Shown piece by piece: positions 1-12,013 of a stretch of DNA of 64,000 bases (position 1 is the stretch's first letter; each line of letters starts with the position of its first letter). The notes under the pieces are model-generated. The model worked only from the letters and a program-made list of their open reading frames with translations. It made no database searches and was not told where the DNA came from. The position numbers were made by a program, and so were the translations under genes. The stretch comes from the human T2T-CHM13v2.0 reference genome, Homo sapiens, in NCBI RefSeq assembly GCF_009914755.1, contig NC_060930.1. One strand, 5' to 3'.

Positions 1-20
1 ACGAGCCACTGTGCCAGGCT
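1..20 (-). mobile_element. 5' tip of an Alu running off the window edge
   Basis: GAGCCACTGTGCCAGGC resembles the reverse complement of the Alu 5' end (GAGCCACCGCGCCCGGCC). Confidence 0.6.
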
Positions 21-340
21 CAATTATGTTTTCAAAGTCTTCCTGAAGTGCCTACAACTTGACAAACCTCTAGCTGGGTAAGAGGTGCACAAAGATGGGT
101 GAGACCTGGGAACTGCCCCAAGGGCTCACTGCAGACAGGAAAAGAGACACCTGGACATCCCCTGACCCCAGGTGGGCTGAGCAAAGAAGACAGCCCCAGC
201 CAGTGTTCACAGAAGGACAACGCCATGGCACAGGTGGAGGAAGCGGTGGGGATGCCCTGGGCTGGCCTGGTATGAGAGAGTGGGGCAAGGACGAGGCAGA
301 GAAATCTTTCCATAATTACTTCGGGAATTTGACATTCACA

Positions 341-655
341 AATGTTTATCCTACACAAATCTCATTTTGAATTGTAATCTCTCATGCCTTGGTGCTGTCC
401 TTGAGCGAGTGAGTTCTCCCGAGACCTGGTTGTGTGAAGTGTGTAGTGCCCGCCCTGTCTCTCATTTGCCCCTGCTCCTGCTTCACCTTTGGCCATAAGT
501 AAAAGATCCTGGAGGCCTCCCCGGAACCAAGCAGATGCCCACGCCACACTTCCTGTGCAGCCCGCAGAACTGTGCACCAATTAAACCTCTTTTCTTTATA
601 AATTACCTGGTCTCAGGAGTTTCTTGAGAGCAATGCAAGAACAGCATATCGTACA
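341..655 (+). mobile_element. MaLR LTR, MST-type (MSTB-like), internally deleted
   Basis: CAAATCTCATTTTGAATTGTAATC at the start; CCAATTAAACCTCTTTTCTTTATAAATTACC-GGTCTCAGG near the 3' end. Confidence 0.85.
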
Positions 656-1014
656 CATCTTCTGCTCTGATAAAATCTGGTTTGATCAGTAATAAAGAAT
701 GTGAAGACATGGATATAGAAAGAATTCAGAATCCCTAAAGAAACAAATATTAGTCCACGTGTATATAGTATTCTCTGGGAACCTTGTTTGTGAGTTTCTG
801 CTCCAGTGGTTCATACAGGGAAGATTAGAAATGTGGCTGGTGAGGGATGCAGACGCTCATTGTGTCATCAGCTGTGGACTTTGCAGACGCCTTTGGGTTG
901 AGCAGCAATTAGGCAGAAACCTCTTGTCTGTGCCTGCCCTGCATTTAAAGTGTGGAAGATCCTTCTCCTGTCTTCCACCCGATTCGAGGTCAGGGTTGAA
1001 ATTGCCTGGGTTAA

Positions 1015-1047
<33 letters not shown>

Positions 1048-1051
1048 TGAG

Positions 1052-1111
1052 GACGGGGGTGGAATGTACAGCACCTGACATGAAGACTGGGCTGTCACAT
1101 TTACACATCAG
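1052..1111 (+). other. candidate small exon (non-coding?)
   Basis: TTAAT branch-like site, ~35-nt pyrimidine tract, AG at 1050-1051 (alternative CAG at 1069-1071) and a consensus donor CAG|GTAAGT at 1111/1112. Motif evidence only. Confidence 0.3.
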
Positions 1112-1347
1112 GTAAGTCTATCTGCTCGGGCTGAACGGTGTCCACCTAGAGAAAGCAGAATCTTTTCTGTACTTCCACCCAAAGAGAGTGCCTTTCTCTA
1201 AGTTGCAAAAAGACTCTCTCTGATACAGAGACCTGAATGTTAGAAAGAGATTTCTTTCTTTCTTTCTTTTTTTTTTTTTGATAGAGCATTAAATCCCTTC
1301 CAACTTGAATAGCCTATGAGTAGACAGCTGCATGTTACAGAGAACAC

Positions 1348-1470
1348 AGACTCTGAGGTTAGACAGGTAGGGTCTGGGGCCTGGTTCTGGAACTTAGGAG
1401 CTGCATCGACTGAGGACTTGCCTAAACACCCTGAACCTCAATTTCTTCATCTGTAAAGAAGAAGAATCCC
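1348..1470 (+). mobile_element. MIR SINE fragment
   Basis: MIR core-like CTGAACCTCAATTTCTTCATCTGTAAA. Confidence 0.65.
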
Positions 1471-1473
1471 TAT

Positions 1474-1939
1474 TGCTATGGGAAAAATTATGTGCCTCCA
1501 AAATTCATATGTTGAAGTCCTAATCCCCAGGACCTCAGAATAGGAGTCTATTTAGAGATAGGGTATTTATAGAGATAACCAAATTAAATGGTATTATTAG
1601 ATTGAATCCTACTTCAATATAACTGGCATCCTTATAAAAAGGGGAAGTTTGGGCACAGAGAGACACACACAGAGGGAAGGCATTGTGAAGACAGGGAGAA
1701 GATGCCACACAACTGGAGTGATGCAGCCCCAAGCCAGGGCACACCCAGGGTCCCCAGTAAATGCCAGAAGCTGGAGGCAGCCAGGGGGATTCTGCCCTGG
1801 AGCCTTCGCAGAGGGCACGGCTCCGCCCACACTTAGATTTCAGAGTTGTAGCCTCCAGAGCTTTAGGCAAACACAGTTTGGTTATTATATGCCACACGAT
1901 TTGTGGTGCTTTGCTAGGGCAGCCCCAGAGACACACACA
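1474..1939 (+). mobile_element. MaLR LTR, MLT1 (MLT1C-like) solo LTR
   Basis: TGCTATGG...CCAAAATTCATATGTTGAAGTCCTAATCCCCAG at the start; CCAGAAGCTGGA, GCCTCCAGA and GCAGCCCCAGAGACACACACA toward the end. Confidence 0.85.
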
Positions 1940-2780
1940 TCCCTGATCACAGTGCTGTTGTGAGGTACGGGAACACCACTGTGTGCTTGGGGAGTACCCA
2001 GTTCCCAGTGTCCTTTCCTCACTAACCCTAAAGTTCTTCAAAAGGCCAAGTGCTAAATAGTGACCAAGAGGATGGGGTCTGTGAGAATGTAACATCGAGC
2101 ATTTTTAAATGTGAAAAATATATAGATCTTCTCTGCATTTCTCTGAGGATACATAAGAAGCAGAGGTTTAGCCTGCAGGGATACCGTTTAACTGCACGTT
2201 TTCACTGTAGAAAAAGTTTTGTCATCATAACTAGTAAAAGTAATTAGGTTTAGATTAGCATAAAAATAAAAATACAGTATTAAAAAAATTGTGCTAGGAC
2301 TTTAGCCTCCTAAGAAGAGTATTAATATAGTCCACATTTGAAAAACAAAAACACTGGACTAGATGTTTTCTACTTCAACTGGGCAAAGACAGGAGGAATA
2401 GATGCAGGCCTAAAGGATAGGAAGGCAATGAAGACAGAATTGCTCATGGAGTATAAAAGGAGGATGATGGGAAACCTAATGCTTCTTAAAGTGGAAGGGT
2501 GAGGAACAGTGAGAGAAAATGTGACAACAACTCCAGATGCTGAGACCACACAACTTATCAGGCAAGTAGGAGCCCAGGCAGTGCAGGCAGGAGCATCTCA
2601 TTGCGCCGTCTCCATTCCAGGTCTTCTCTGCTCTGTTCTCCAGCTAGCTCTGCAACCAGAGCTGACCTCCATGGCTGGCACGTGAAACATCTTTTCCCCC
2701 TGGACCCCACAGGGGTCATGTCAGGGCAGGTGCCAGAAAGAGGTCAGAGATGAGAGCCAAGAAGGAAAGTGAGTTCTGGC

Positions 2781-3291
2781 CCAGATACTCTAGTGAATGG
2801 TGCTCCCCATAGAATGACCAAGTGGAGATGGACCTACAGGTCGAAATTCTCTAGTGATATGGTTTGGCTGTGTCCCCACCCAAATCTTAACTTGAAGTGT
2901 ATCTGCCAGAATTCCCACGTGTTGTGGGAGGGATCTGGGGGGGCAGTAATTGAATCATGGAGACCTGTCTTTCCAGTGCTATTCTCATGATAGTGAATAA
3001 GTCTCACAAGACCTAATGGGTTTATTAGGGGTTTCTGCTTTTGCTTCTTCCTCATTTTTCTCTTGCTGCCACCATGTAAGAAATGCCTTTCACCTCCTGC
3101 CATGATTCTGAGGCTCCCCAGCCATGAGGAACTGTAAGTCCAATTAAACTTCTTTTTCCTCCCAGTCTCAGGCATATTTTTATCAGCAGCATGAAAACGG
3201 AATAGTACCTCTAGTGAGTGGGTGCTTCCCATGGAATGACCAAGTGGAGATGGACCAACAGGTCCAGATGCTCTTGTGATTGGATGCTCCC
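2781..3291. repeat. ~61-62 bp tandem repeat (~2.5 copies) interrupted by THE1
   Basis: GAATGACCAAGTGGAGATGGACC(T/A)ACAGGTC occurs on both sides of the THE1 LTR, with a partial third unit from about 3264. Confidence 0.85.
2855..3209 (+). mobile_element. THE1 (THE1A-like) solo LTR
   Basis: TGATATGGTTTGGCTGTGTCCCCACCCAAATC at the start; ATCAGCAGCATGAAAACGG at the end; 5-bp TSD TCTAG (2850-2854 / 3210-3214). Confidence 0.95.
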
Positions 3292-4049
3292 TGCCAGCTG
3301 ACCTATGGAAAGGATAAAAAGCAGAAACCAAAGAGGACAGTTTAGCCTCCTTTACTGAACAACTGTTGCACCAAAGTGTTCCAGGTAGTGAACCAATAGA
3401 AAGCCCAGAAAATGGAAAATCACCCATTTGGAGTAAATGTGCACATTATTTGATTGCAGCACTGAAAACCTGTTTTACTCAAGCCGCAAATGAACCTCTG
3501 CACTTCCGTCTTGCCCTGGGTCCCTTGGAATAAGCTTGATTTAATTATCAAATTACATGGAAAGAAATAAGGCATCTAAAAAGTTGTTTTTTCTTCTGTT
3601 ACAAGTTGTGCTTCTTAGCCAAAACAGTACAGGTTTCTCTATCTTTTCCTTAACTCATCAGAGAGATTCTGCAATGTAAATGTAGCTTTGAATGCTAGGA
3701 ATGTTCTCCTGTGAATGGTGGGGTTGGCTATTAGTTGTCTGCATATCTCTGTAACTGCAAGCTGAGTGGGGTGATGAAGAGCAGATATTTCCTACGAGAA
3801 GCTCAGCAGCTGTGAGGAGCAGACCCTCAGCCCCTCCACTCACCTTCCCCCATTATTTACCAATGTTGCATCTAAACCAACCATGTGATTTAAAGTTCTG
3901 AAGACATCTGTACTTTATGTCTGCTTTATTATTATTATTTTGGTAGGCTCTTACTGGAAAGGTGGGTCATTGCCTGCATCCTGCCAGTTAAAGGGTTTTT
4001 TCCTAAAAATGACATGAAACCATCTGGAGTGCTATCTCCTGCCTCTCCA

Positions 4050-4600
4050 GGTAACAGCCTCTGCTGAGTGACCAAGGTGCCTTCTGGCTGAGACCAGGCA
4101 TGAGGGCAGCACACACTTCCTTGACAGCATCACCTGAGACAAAAATCACTGAGTGTTCCCCTCCAGGCCAGTCAGTGGTTAGGGTGAGACCTAAGCTGGG
4201 AGCTGCAGCCTCTATGCCCCAGCTACCAGGCACCTCCCAGGCTGCATTGAGCTTGCAATTGGCCCCCATCCTCATGGAGCTCTCTGAAGGCCTCTGTCAT
4301 GGAGAGAGTTCCAGGGACTGCCTGGTAACAGCTTCTGCTGAGTGACCGAGGTGGCTTCTGGCTGAGACCAGGTGTGAGGGCAGCACACACTTCCTTGACA
4401 GTATCACCTGAGACAAAAATCACTGAGTGTTCCCCTCTAGGCCAGTCAGCAGTGAGGCCAAGACCCAAGCTGGGAGCTGCAGCCTCTAGGTCCTGGCTGC
4501 CAGGCACCTCCCAGTCTGTGCTCAGTTTGGAATTGGCCCCATTGTCACAAAGCTCTCTGAAGCCTCTGTGATTGTGAGAGCTCCAGAGGCTGCCTTGGCA
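4050..4600. repeat. 274-bp tandem duplication (2 copies)
   Basis: GGTAACAGC...CTGAGACAAAAATCACTGAGTGTTCCCC... starts at 4050 and again at 4324; the copies are colinear with scattered substitutions. Confidence 0.95.
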
Positions 4601-6477
4601 CCTACAGGATTAGCTCTGGACCTGTGGCATTCCCCTGAGAGGACAGCCCTGTCCTTGCCCTTTCACCCATTGTGAATTGAGTCCAGAGAAACAAAGCGCC
4701 CAGGGCCATGGGCTGGCTCCAGCCTCCTCCCCTGCACTCCTGCATGCACCCCACTGTCAGGAGGACCAGGCCCTGGTTGGGGCTCTGAGCAGTTACCTGA
4801 ACCCACCCATGAGGGAGACAGCCATGTGGGTGCGAGCCCCTGCAGGAAACCAGCACCCAGCTGGGCAGCCATCCTGAAGGGATCTGTGCAGGAGGGAGGC
4901 TGCCCAGGGCCAGGTGCCTCCAGCCCTGACCTGGCCTTGGGAGTCTGGTCCCAGCCCCCACAGCCCAGAGCCATCAGCATGGATTCAGTGCTGCTCCCCG
5001 TGAGGGATGGCATGACTGTTGCTTGATTAAAGGAAACGTTTCTTTTTGAATCAAATCATACTGCATAAACCCCAAATTGTCCCAAGCCTGCCACACATGC
5101 AGTCACTTTCCCCCAGAGAGCTGAGGCCTCGGCCTGGGGCTGAGACCACCCTGCGCTTTTAGCAGCTCCTGAGCCTCCCTGGGGAGAATCAGTGCCTGTG
5201 TGTGGAGCTGAGGTCTTCCCACAGCAGGGGCACAGCTGTGGGAAAGCCTGGTTCCCTGCTGCTTTCCACAACCACCCTTTTCCAGCCCTGCAGGATTTAA
5301 ATGAAGAAAAGCAAACACAGCCATTCAGGTCAGCATTTTTTTCTCCCTCTCCCTTATTATTTCTTCTTTGTTTACACTCAGTATAAGCTGACTGTGGATC
5401 GTGATTGGAAAGTCGAGATTGAAAAAGCCTATTCCAGTGCACCTGGTGTCCTCGGGTGAAGCTGGAAGGGGGCGAGGACCAGAGACCCCAGGGGATGCCT
5501 TCCCAAATAAGAAATGAACAGTGGCTGAAAACCAAATGCATGCTTAACACAAGCCCAAAGCTTCCACTCCCCTGTTTAAAATGACACTGCACACATCTGT
5601 TATCTAAATAAAATTGACGTATCAAATACTAATATAATGACTTGACTCTGTTTAGAATAAATACGAGACAGAGATCCTGGCTCCCCATTTGGTGGGGGTA
5701 CCTCTTGCTTCCCTTGCTGGGCGGCCCCAGCCCCATGGAAGGTTTACTCCTAATGGAAGCCTCATTTTCAAAGCTCTGAGGTTGGTGAAGGCATGGCAGG
5801 AGGATGATCTTTCTGTCAAAGCCTCATGCCCAAGAAGACTAGTTTTCTCAGGAAATAGAATAATTTAAATATTTCTAAGATATACTGATAAATTATATTT
5901 TCTCATCTGGTGCAAGAACTGTTGTGCTGGACACAGACACAGGCCATTCCCCGGGCTCCAGTCTCCCTCCACCCCAAAGCCACAGTGTCACGAGGAGGAA
6001 GGTGAGCACAGGTGCGGAAAAGACAGGGACTGACTGTTCCCAGGGGCTCGAGCCTCGAGCCTGGCCAGAGTCCCAGGCACAGGCTCCCCGGAGTGGAGCC
6101 ACAGGATGGATGAGTTTGCGCTCAGAGGAGGCAGTGGGAGGAGGGGTCTGCGGAGCATGGCTGGGAGGCGGGGCTGAGAGGAAGAGGAGGGGCAATTCAG
6201 GGCCCAGCTCTGAAGTCGGAGGACAGTCATGGTTCTAATGCTCTCACTCAAGTCCAGGCCAGAGGTGAGGAAGAAAACGAGGAAGGATGAAGGAATATTT
6301 CAGAAATGGAATTGGTGAGATTTGGTAAGAAGTGTTTATTTAATTATAGAAATTTGAATATCATTGTGTTTTGATGTTTAGCAGTTTTAAAAATCATGGA
6401 CCACTCTAGTCCCCTGTAGTTTTCTTCCTCTCTCTCTCTACCTTCCCGCTAAAGAAATGGATATTGTGTTTCTCTAG

Positions 6478-6561
6478 GAGCATCATAAGGAACAGTAAGT
6501 GGCCTGTGCTGGTGGATGGGAGAGGAGGAGGAAGCAGCTGCCATCCTGTATTTTCTGAAAG
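6478..6561 (+). other. candidate 84-nt exon
   Basis: Acceptor TGTGTTTCTCTAG|G and donor AAG|GTAAGC; purine-rich interior. Motif evidence only. Confidence 0.3.
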
Positions 6562-6925
6562 GTAAGCGCGTTGAGCCTCAGCTCAAGCTGCCCACTCTCC
6601 CCTGCAGCCAACTATTTATACCTTGGGACTGTCTATTCTGAGAGTTGTAATTATGAATGGAGCTCATAATTTACGATCACCTCTGGTTACCACAGAGTTT
6701 GCTCCCAGTCTGTTTGGGAGCCCTCCTCTGGCCCAGCTCTCGGTGTGGGTACCTACGCAGTACCAGGCCTCTCTGCGAACTCCCTGTGCAGAGTCTGAAC
6801 GCGGTCAAAACCCCGGGGGACTCCTCCACGGGTGGCCCCAACTGCTTTTAGCAGAGCCCAGGAGGCCTGTTACAAACAGGTATTTCTCCTCCTGACTCAT
6901 CAGAATCTCTGGGCGGCCTCAACCA

Positions 6926-7201
6926 TTTTTTTTTTTTTTTTTTTTTTTGAGATGGAGTCTCACTCTTTTGCCCAGGCTGGAGTGCAGTGGCACGATCTCA
7001 GCTCATTGCAAGCTCCGCCTCCTGGGTTCACGCCATTCTCCTGCCTCAGCCTCCCAACGCTGGGACTACAGATGCCCGCCACCACGCCTGGCAATTTTTT
7101 TTGTATTTTTAGTACAGACAGGGTTTCACCGTGTTAGCCAGGATGGTCTCAATCTCCTGACCTTGTGATCGGCCCGCCTTGGCCTCCCAAAGTGCTGGGA
7201 T
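6926..7201 (-). mobile_element. AluY, lacking ~30 nt of its 5' end
   Basis: Poly-T tail; AluY-type GCAAGCTCCGCCTCC, TTCACGCCATTCTCC and CCGTGTTAGCCAGGATGGTCTC. Confidence 0.95.
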
Positions 7202-7936
7202 GGGGAGAGAAGTGTGAAACACACAGGCAAAGGGGTACGAGGTGGCCAGAAACCGAGTAGGAAGGAAACACCCCCGGGGTTCCCTATGAGCGCAGTGAGT
7301 TCCAGATGGTTACGCCGCTGGCCCATCTAGGAGGGACATGAGATAAAATACCATAGAGTACTGTGAAATCGCCTCCAGAATTGGTCAGATCTGAAGAGAT
7401 CATTTTACAGTGATTTCAGAGAGCTTTTTTTTTTTTTTTAAAAAAAAGACAAACTAAATCTCTATTCCCCAAAGAAGCTAAAGGCCACTCACCAATGCCA
7501 CGTGGTGCCCACAGCTCTGCACCAGGATGCAGAGAGAGAGCAGAGGTGGCTGGAAGGAGGACATGGAGAGATCTCAGCGCTGCCGCCCTTAGATCAAAAG
7601 GCATCTTTCTTCAGAAAACATCACACAGGCCGAGAGAGGCGCTGGAGGGGCTGCTCCTGGGAAGTGGACCCCCCAAATGTCTTCGGATGCCTGGAGAGGC
7701 TGCTGGCATCCGCCTCAGGCATGAGTCACATCAGGTGGGGGCTCCTAGGTCCGAGTAGGAGGAAGGGACTTGACTTTGGCCCTCCTACAACACCGGCCCA
7801 GGAGGAGTATTTCTGTTATACGCAGTCTCCACGAAAAAGCCAGGCAGCCTCTCCTTGGCCTGGAGAATGACCTCCCCAAGAGAAACCTGTTGCCTTCTGG
7901 TTCTTCAGAGCCAGGCTCTGCTGGGAGCACAAAGCT

Positions 7937-7969
7937 GGCTGCTCACGGCTGCTCACGGCTGCTCACGGC
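7937..7969. repeat. 10-bp tandem repeat (GGCTGCTCAC)x3
   Basis: Three perfect copies read directly. Confidence 0.9.
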
Positions 7970-8521
7970 CCAGAGCTGCTGTGTCTACTTCTAGGTCTCA
8001 GGCACCTAATTCAGTGTCTGTCCAGCCCAGACTTCACAGATCCCAAGTGACCAACTTATTTCTCAGCTTTGTCCTCACTGTGGAAACCTGGGATTCATCT
8101 ACTCTTTCTGAGGTACTTAAATGTTTAATGAAAATTATGAACTTGCTATATTTATTTTATAAACATTTCTTGAGAAAAAGGAGAGATTTCATGGTTTCTG
8201 TTTTGCAGATTTGAAGAAAAGGCAGCCAAGTTCACATTTTGCTGAAGTCACATCACTGATCACTGTCCGGCCATCCTAACCTATCCGCTGCTGAGCTGGC
8301 TGCCAGCAGATCTTTCCAGCAGCCCCGGGCAAGCACACACACATAAGAGAGAAGCCTGAGTTTTATGGTTTAGCATCCATGTCACCCATAAGAAATGCTT
8401 GTTCTGACTTTAGTCTCAGCACTAAGGAGGAAACAATCACTCAAATGCCAGGTTTCCCTTTGCACTGGAGGCCTGAGGAAGTCAATAAGAAAGAAAGTCA
8501 ATAAGGTAGCCAATAAGAAAA

Positions 8522-8693
8522 CCTGGGCACCATGGCAGGCACCTGTGGTCCTATGGCCCCAGCACTTGGGGAGGCCAAGGCAAGAGGGTTGCTTGAGGCC
8601 AGGAGTTTGAGGCTGCAGGGAGCTATGATTGTGCCACTGCACTCCAGTCTGGGCAATGTAGCAAGATCCCATCTCAAAAAAAAAAAGAAGAAA
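8522..8693 (+). mobile_element. Alu monomer (FRAM/AluJ-like)
   Basis: GGAGTTTGAGGCTGCAG...GCCACTGCACTCCAGTCTGGGCAA followed by an A tail. Confidence 0.85.
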
Positions 8694-9141
8694 TTTGGTT
8701 TCACCTGCTTCACTGAGGCGAGGAAGTGAAGAGGTGAGAAGGGGAGTGTTAAACAGCCAACCCTACTGAAAAGGAATTCCACATGTCAAAGAAAAACAAA
8801 CGCTGCACCACTTTGACAAGTATTTCCAGTTATTTACTCAAGAAATCTTTTGATTGAACATTAGATGGCAGATGGCACATCACAAATAGTGATATAAGAT
8901 CCTTTTTACCATCTGAAATGTTCTCAGACAGAACATATTTTATTCAACCAAATGAGGAAAATCTGCAAACACAAATTAATGTAAGTACAACCAGCTATCT
9001 CTGGCTTCAGTATTTGAAAATGGTGAAAGCATCTGTAGGGTCACTTTGGGTTCGGGGTCTGGAAAGGATGTTCCTAGACAGGGAAAGAGCAGGGAAGAGC
9101 TTTCCTTCCCTCCCCCTAATCTCCTAGGGGATGTTTCTGTC

Positions 9142-9525
9142 TGTGTTAGCTTCCCAGGGCTGCTGTGACAAAATACTATACACCACTTATTTTCTCACAG
9201 CTCTGGAGTCTGGAAGGCCCATCTCAAGGTGTCTGCAGGCCATGCTCCCTTGGGAGCCTTGGGAGGCTCCTCCCTGCCACGCTCAGCCTCTGGTGCCCCA
9301 GTGCTCCCTGGCTCATGGCTGCTCCGCTGGCTGCTGCCTTGTCTCTGTGTGTCTGTCTTCTGCTCTCTTGATAGGGACACCGGTTTTCTTGGGTTAAGGC
9401 CCACCCTAGTGACCTCATCTTAACTTGATGACATCAGCAAAGATCCTGATTCCGAAGGTCACATTCACAGGCGGGGGCGAGGGGGGGCGGGGTGAGGGCT
9501 TCAGAGAATCTTCTCGGAGACATAG
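9142..9525 (-). mobile_element. MLT1 LTR
   Basis: TGTGTTAGCTTCCCAGGGCTGCTGTGACAAA, CTCACAGCTCTGGAG and GACCTCATCTTAACTTGATGACATC match the reverse of MLT1. Confidence 0.8.
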
Positions 9526-9528
9526 TTA

Positions 9529-9585
9529 GAGCTGTAATGCGTCCCCCGAGCTATAACGCGTCCCCCGAGCTATAACGCGTCCCCC
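9529..9585. repeat. 19-bp tandem repeat (GAGCTATAACGCGTCCCCC)x3
   Basis: Units start at 9529, 9548 and 9567; units 2 and 3 are identical. Confidence 0.95.
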
Positions 9586-11327
9586 AAGGTACCCGCTGCC
9601 TCTGTTTATTCCCGGCAGCCTCCACCACCGGCCCAGGGAGTTCAGTTGTGTAGGAAAAGCAAGGGGTCTACCTTTACCCTGAGCTACGATCGGGGTCTTT
9701 TGAAAAAGGCTGCCCTTTAAGTGTAGCCCTGGACAGTGATAAAGAATGGCCACTGGACAATGTCAGTGGCCTCTGAGGGCAGGAGGGGCCTCTTGGGCCC
9801 CCTGGGCACCTTCAGTGACTCCCCTCATGTCCATCGCAGAGCCGGGGGAGACCTGGCTGGAACCACCCATTTCAGAGGCTCTGAGATCCCAGAGCCCACC
9901 CCTGATTTTGGCACCTTTCCAGCCCCTTCTTCCTGACTCTGTCTCCCCCTGGGTCATCACAGTCTCTAGTGTACCCCAGGCCAATCAGACCCAAATGCAG
10001 AACTCAGCCCCCTTCCCCTCTGCATCCAAACAGAAAGTCCCCTCAAACCTTCAGTGTGCCAGGTGAAGGGTCTTAGGGCCTGAGAGGTTTCCGGAAGCAG
10101 TTATGTCCAGAACTGTGAGCCCCTGCCTTCCCCAGGCCTCCCCGGCCTCCTTTCTTCTCCTTCTCTCTTCCAGGGCCTCTAACTCCACTCCCCCACCACA
10201 GCCCTGCCTCCCCCCTTTCCTCACACGGCATTTCCTCACCCTCAGAACCTCCGAGCCTCCTCTTCCCACCAAAGCGTGGACCAGGGCACTTGTTCCCTAA
10301 GCACAGTTCACATCCACAGTGAAATGTGGGGGTTCCACTGCCATCCGCTGAAAGATGACAGGCTCCGAGTTACACACAGAAATGAAAAGAGCACGTGTGG
10401 AGAAATGATGCCACCGGTATTCAAGTTATTCGGGACAACGTGGAACTATCGAACCTAAGTGAGCATGTCCCCAGGAGAAAGAATATGGGGAAATGGAAAC
10501 ACTCAGCAGAGAGCCCAGGCCTGTGAATACAAAGCGGGGAGGAGGGGAGAAAGGAATGAACTTCAAGTAGGTAAAAAGCTTAGTGAAAAACTGCAAATAT
10601 TCACAGTTCCAAAGCATTCCCAATGAACTGTTTATTATTCCCATAAAACCTTATTTGTCTTAACCTCAAATATTTTCCAGTTCAACCTACATTCCACAGA
10701 AGACCAATAGCAAAATGGATGTGGCAGAACGAAGATCACCATGCTTTAGAAACAAAGAGAAAACTTAAGCTTATTTTTCCATTTTAAAATTTTGGGTGAA
10801 TAGGAATAAACCAACAACTCGTAGGAGAGAAGTTCTTGAAAACCCCAAGCTGTTACAATAGGTGGGAGGTTTTAATTTTTGACGACTCAAAGCCCTTCGT
10901 CAGTCCCTCAGTGGTTGCAAGAGGCAGCTCGGACCCTCTGGGAGCCCTTCGAAAGCCTCAGACCCTGGGCCAGCAAGACACTTTCTAAACTACAATTCTC
11001 ATGGGTTAAACTACATTTTCGTGAGTCATTCTATTTTTTTTTTCACTTTAGACTCCAGATAATCTCAGTGCCTTTATTCGTGTTTCTATCAATTTAAAAG
11101 GTAGCAACACAACTCCTAAAACTTGTCAATGCCGCCTGTGAAACACTGGGGCTGACCGTGCTGGGGGTTACCCACAGCACAGGGCCGGGGCCACAGCACC
11201 TGCTATGGAGGCCAGACGGGCACCCTCCTGCCACGGACAGAACTGCAAAATGGAGATTTGTCACTGTGAAGAATGATTGCAGTTTTTCACACTTCAAAGA
11301 AATGGGGTAAAAGTCGAGATGACCAAG

Positions 11328-12013
11328 TCATCCCACATGATCCAGCAGTCCCACTGCTAGGTATATACCCCCAACAGGAACAGTGTATCCAAGAGATCTC
11401 TGCACGCCCATGTTTATGGCAGCACTGTTCGCAGTAGTCAGGATGTGGACACAAACTAAACATCCTCCAACACATGAATGAATAAAGGAAATGTGGCACA
11501 TATACACAATGGAGTACTATTCAGCCATCACCAGAATGCAATCCTGTCATTTGCAACAACACGGATGGAACGAGAGATAATTATGTTAAGTGAAATAAGC
11601 CAGGCACAGACAGACATCACATGTTCTCGCTTATCTGTGGAAGCTAAAAATTAAAACAATTGAACCCATGTAGATAAGAAATAGAAGGATGATTACCAGA
11701 GGCTGGGAAGGGTATGGGGAGGTGGGTGAGGCAGAGATGGTTAATGACGATGAAAAACAGTTAGAAAGAAAAAATAAGATTCCGTATTTAATTACATAAC
11801 AGGGTGTAGTCAATAATAATTTAATTGTACAATTTGACATAACTAAAAGGGTATAATTGGATTGTTTGTAACACAAAGGATACATGCTTGAGCTAATGGG
11901 TACCCCATTTACTGTGATATGATTGTTACACATTGCATGAAATATCAAAATATTTCATGTACCCATTAAATATATACACCTACTATGTACCCACAAAAAT
12001 TAAAAATTAAAGA
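11328..12013 (+). mobile_element. 5'-truncated L1MA 3' end (L1MA1-3-like)
   Basis: GATCCAGCAGTCCCACTGCTAGGTATATACCC; TATAATTGGATTGTTTGTAACACAAAGGA; CACCTACTATGTACCCACAAAAATTAAAAATTAAA end; TSD AGATGAC(C/A)AAG at 11317-11327 / 12014-12024. Confidence 0.92.

Noticed and set aside
1015-1060. Poly-T + GAG resembling a reverse Alu tail
   Set aside because: No Alu body follows.
6832-7168. Alu-derived ORFs here and at 24579-24951, 29820-30011, 38101-38361 and 60917-61135
   Set aside because: These are typical Alu translations (LECSG, SASRVAG), not genes.
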